Shown piece after piece: positions 62,163 through 64,000 of a DNA stretch of 64,000 nucleotides. Source of the stretch: Gammaproteobacteria bacterium (GTDB lineage Bacteria; Pseudomonadota; Gammaproteobacteria; SG8-11). Every line of letters begins with the position of its first letter. Position 1 is the first letter of the stretch. Position numbers and translations under genes: made by a program. The notes under the pieces were generated by a model that saw nothing but the letters and a program-made list of their open reading frames with translations, made no database searches and had not been told where the DNA came from. Location: NCBI GenBank assembly GCA_024641505.1, contig JAHECY010000004.1, positions 37,133-101,132 on the forward strand. The letters are read 5' to 3'.

Positions 62163-62954
62163 TCAGAGGGCATGCGCTTCAACCTCAAGGCGCATCATGC
62201 CGACATGACTGTTACCGTGCGCGTCAAGCGGACAGGCGGCGATATAAGTGTCGAGCACATCGGCAAAAAATACGTCACGCGTAGCTACGGGCAGGCGGTC
62301 GGTATAGGGAAACCAGGTGGTGCGCAGCCAGCCCAGTATACCCTTAACGCTTTCATGAAGCATATCCTTTGGCACCAGTTCTATGCGCACTGGACGAAAA
62401 CCGCATTCCGGCAACCACTGCCGGTAATCTTCCGTTCCGTAAAAATAATAGGGTGGCGTGAAACGGTGAAAATAGCCGTGCCACTGCGGGCGCGCTGTGA
62501 CCTCCCGAATTGCTGCGAACACGGCGGCGGCATTGCCCCGGCCACCCATTTGTAACAGCATCTTGCCGCCAGGCTTGAGCACCGCATGTGTTGCGCGCAG
62601 TACCGCGCAGTGGTCTTTTATCCAGTGTAAAACAGCGTTCGAAAACACGATATCGAATTCACGAGGCAACTGGACGGCTGTTGCGTCCATGCACATAAAC
62701 GACAGATTCGGGTGTTGCTCGGCGGTAAAGCGGGTTGATGCGAGACGAATCATGTCAGCGGATAGATCAATGCCCAGTACACGCCCCGCGGATACCAGCG
62801 ATGCCAGTTGTGCGCTGATCTTGCCGTCGCCACAGCCGATATCCAGTACCGATTCGGTGCCACGCAAGGCGAGTTTGGCGAGCAGTTCTTGCGCCCACTG
62901 CAGCTGTGCCGACGAGTTGGTAGCGTAGTCCTGTGCGTTCCAGTTGTGTTGCAT
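62163..62954 (-). CDS. SAM-dependent methyltransferase (Tam-like)
   Basis: WNAQDY, VLDIGCGDG, FSNAVLHW, LKPGG. Confidence 0.87.
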   Translation of the reverse strand: MQHNWNAQDYATNSSAQLQWAQELLAKLALRGTESVLDIGCGDGKISAQLASLVSAGRVLGIDLSADMIRLASTRFTAEQHPNLSFMCMDATAVQLPREFDIVFSNAVLHWIKDHCAVLRATHAVLKPGGKMLLQMGGRGNAAAVFAAIREVTARPQWHGYFHRFTPPYYFYGTEDYRQWLPECGFRPVRIELVPKDMLHESVKGILGWLRTTWFPYTDRLPVATRDVFFADVLDTYIAACPLDAHGNSHVGMMRLEVEAHAL

Positions 62955-63333
62955 CGGAATCCTCAATTTGCATTCTTTTATAGCCGTATCGCTACCAATC
63001 AGCATTATGAATATATCCTGAATATTAAAACACGAAACCCATAAAAAATATGTAAAAGTCGGAGAGTGGCCCACAGTAGTAAGAAATCCGGGACTGTTTC
63101 AATATTTTCCTTAGACCTGTTTGTCGGAAAAGAAACTATTGCTGCCTATAAGGTTACAGTCATCTATTGCCGACACCCGCTGTCGCGCCTCGGTTTCCAG
63201 ACCGTGCGCGCCGGTACCGTAAGGAAACGGTAAGGTATTAGTCATGTTCAAATCAGATGTGTCTGGTTTAATGGCCTCAAGGTTGAAGAAAACATCAACC
63301 AACAAAATGCCAACTTGAAACAGGAGCAACGCC

Positions 63334-63873
63334 ATGACTAACACCAACATATATATCAGCAGCCCTCGCAATCTGGACCGCAGCCAACAACTGAGCCGCG
63401 TTGTTTTAGCCGCCGCTTTGCTCGGCATCACTATCAGCGCGCCGGCTGGTGCCCTGGGATGGCTTAGCGTGTTACCGCTGGTTGCCATCTACCCTCTGGT
63501 GACCGGTCTGCTCGGCTGGGACCCGGTATATGATGTGTTCGGTATCGAACACCGACACCAGGATGGCAAGCTGCACGGCAGCAGCCGGATGGAGCTGGCA
63601 GTTACCGGTGTTGCATTAATCGGTAGTGTGTTCGTGCTGCCGGAAGTGGTGCATCCGATTTTCTCGGTACTCGCCCTGGCCGGTATTTACCCCGCAGTGT
63701 CCGCTCTGACCGGTGAAGATCTGTTGCAGAGCACTGGCACCCGTGAAGTCCATATTGGGGAGCTGCAGTTAGGTGCGCAACCGCGGACAGCAGAAGGCAC
63801 CCACAGAGCGATGACCGCTATCGATCAAATCCGCAAGGCACGTAACGCCGGGGATCAGAAAAAGGTCGCGTAA
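63334..63873 (+). CDS. Tandem DUF2892/YgaP-like membrane protein
   Basis: RBS AGGAG; two copies of the R..L...LI.....IYP...L.G.D hairpin module. Confidence 0.7.
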   Translation: MTNTNIYISSPRNLDRSQQLSRVVLAAALLGITISAPAGALGWLSVLPLVAIYPLVTGLLGWDPVYDVFGIEHRHQDGKLHGSSRMELAVTGVALIGSVFVLPEVVHPIFSVLALAGIYPAVSALTGEDLLQSTGTREVHIGELQLGAQPRTAEGTHRAMTAIDQIRKARNAGDQKKVA

Positions 63874-63916
63874 TACCCGGTAGTCTGATTCCCGCCTGCA
63901 AAGATTCAACCTTCCC

Positions 63917-63944
63917 TGCGCAGCTAACCACTGCGCATTTTTTT
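63917..63944 (+). terminator. Rho-independent terminator
   Basis: TGCGCAG-ctaacca-CTGCGCA-TTTTTTT. Confidence 0.65.
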
Positions 63945-64000
63945 ATGGCTGACGCCGGTTAATTACGGTTTCAGTATGCCCAACACCGTTGTGACAATGC

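Noticed and set aside
63100-63333. Possible riboswitch or structured leader (GTTTCC...GGAAAC) and minus ORF 63111-63488
   Set aside because: No c-di-GMP or other known riboswitch consensus; the pairing is short, and the ORF overlaps the DUF2892-like gene antisense.
1-64000. CRISPR array, tRNA/rRNA, transposase, prophage or known defence genes
   Set aside because: No regularly spaced repeats, RNA gene signatures or corresponding protein motifs were seen by eye.

Overview
Chromosomal window of a sulfur-oxidizing gammaproteobacterium (sat-aprBA, orphan soxA, DsrE-like and rhodanese genes). It has a conserved housekeeping backbone: topA-smg-dprA-LysM, def-fmt-rsmB-DUF4390-ntrYX-like-trkAH, metH, typA, pip-dtd-apaH, and lgt-thyA-folA. 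No rRNA, tRNA, CRISPR array or transposase was seen. Three accessory items stand out. (1) 16.1-21.4 kb is an apparently self-contained sigma54 operon: a -24/-12 promoter and upstream palindrome, a DUF4266-type GGGCGC lipoprotein, a His/Met-rich beta-propeller lipoprotein, a DUF3570-type barrel, a DsbD_2-type membrane protein and a sensor-less enhancer-binding protein. It is a candidate envelope metal (Cu/Ni)-handling system. (2) A 150-aa protein at 45892-46344 looks like the catalytic N-terminal half of sulfur oxygenase reductase. (3) Two tandem ~1090-aa Cys-paired repeat lipoproteins follow a small partner gene. All family assignments come from motif recognition and recall; no database searches were run.
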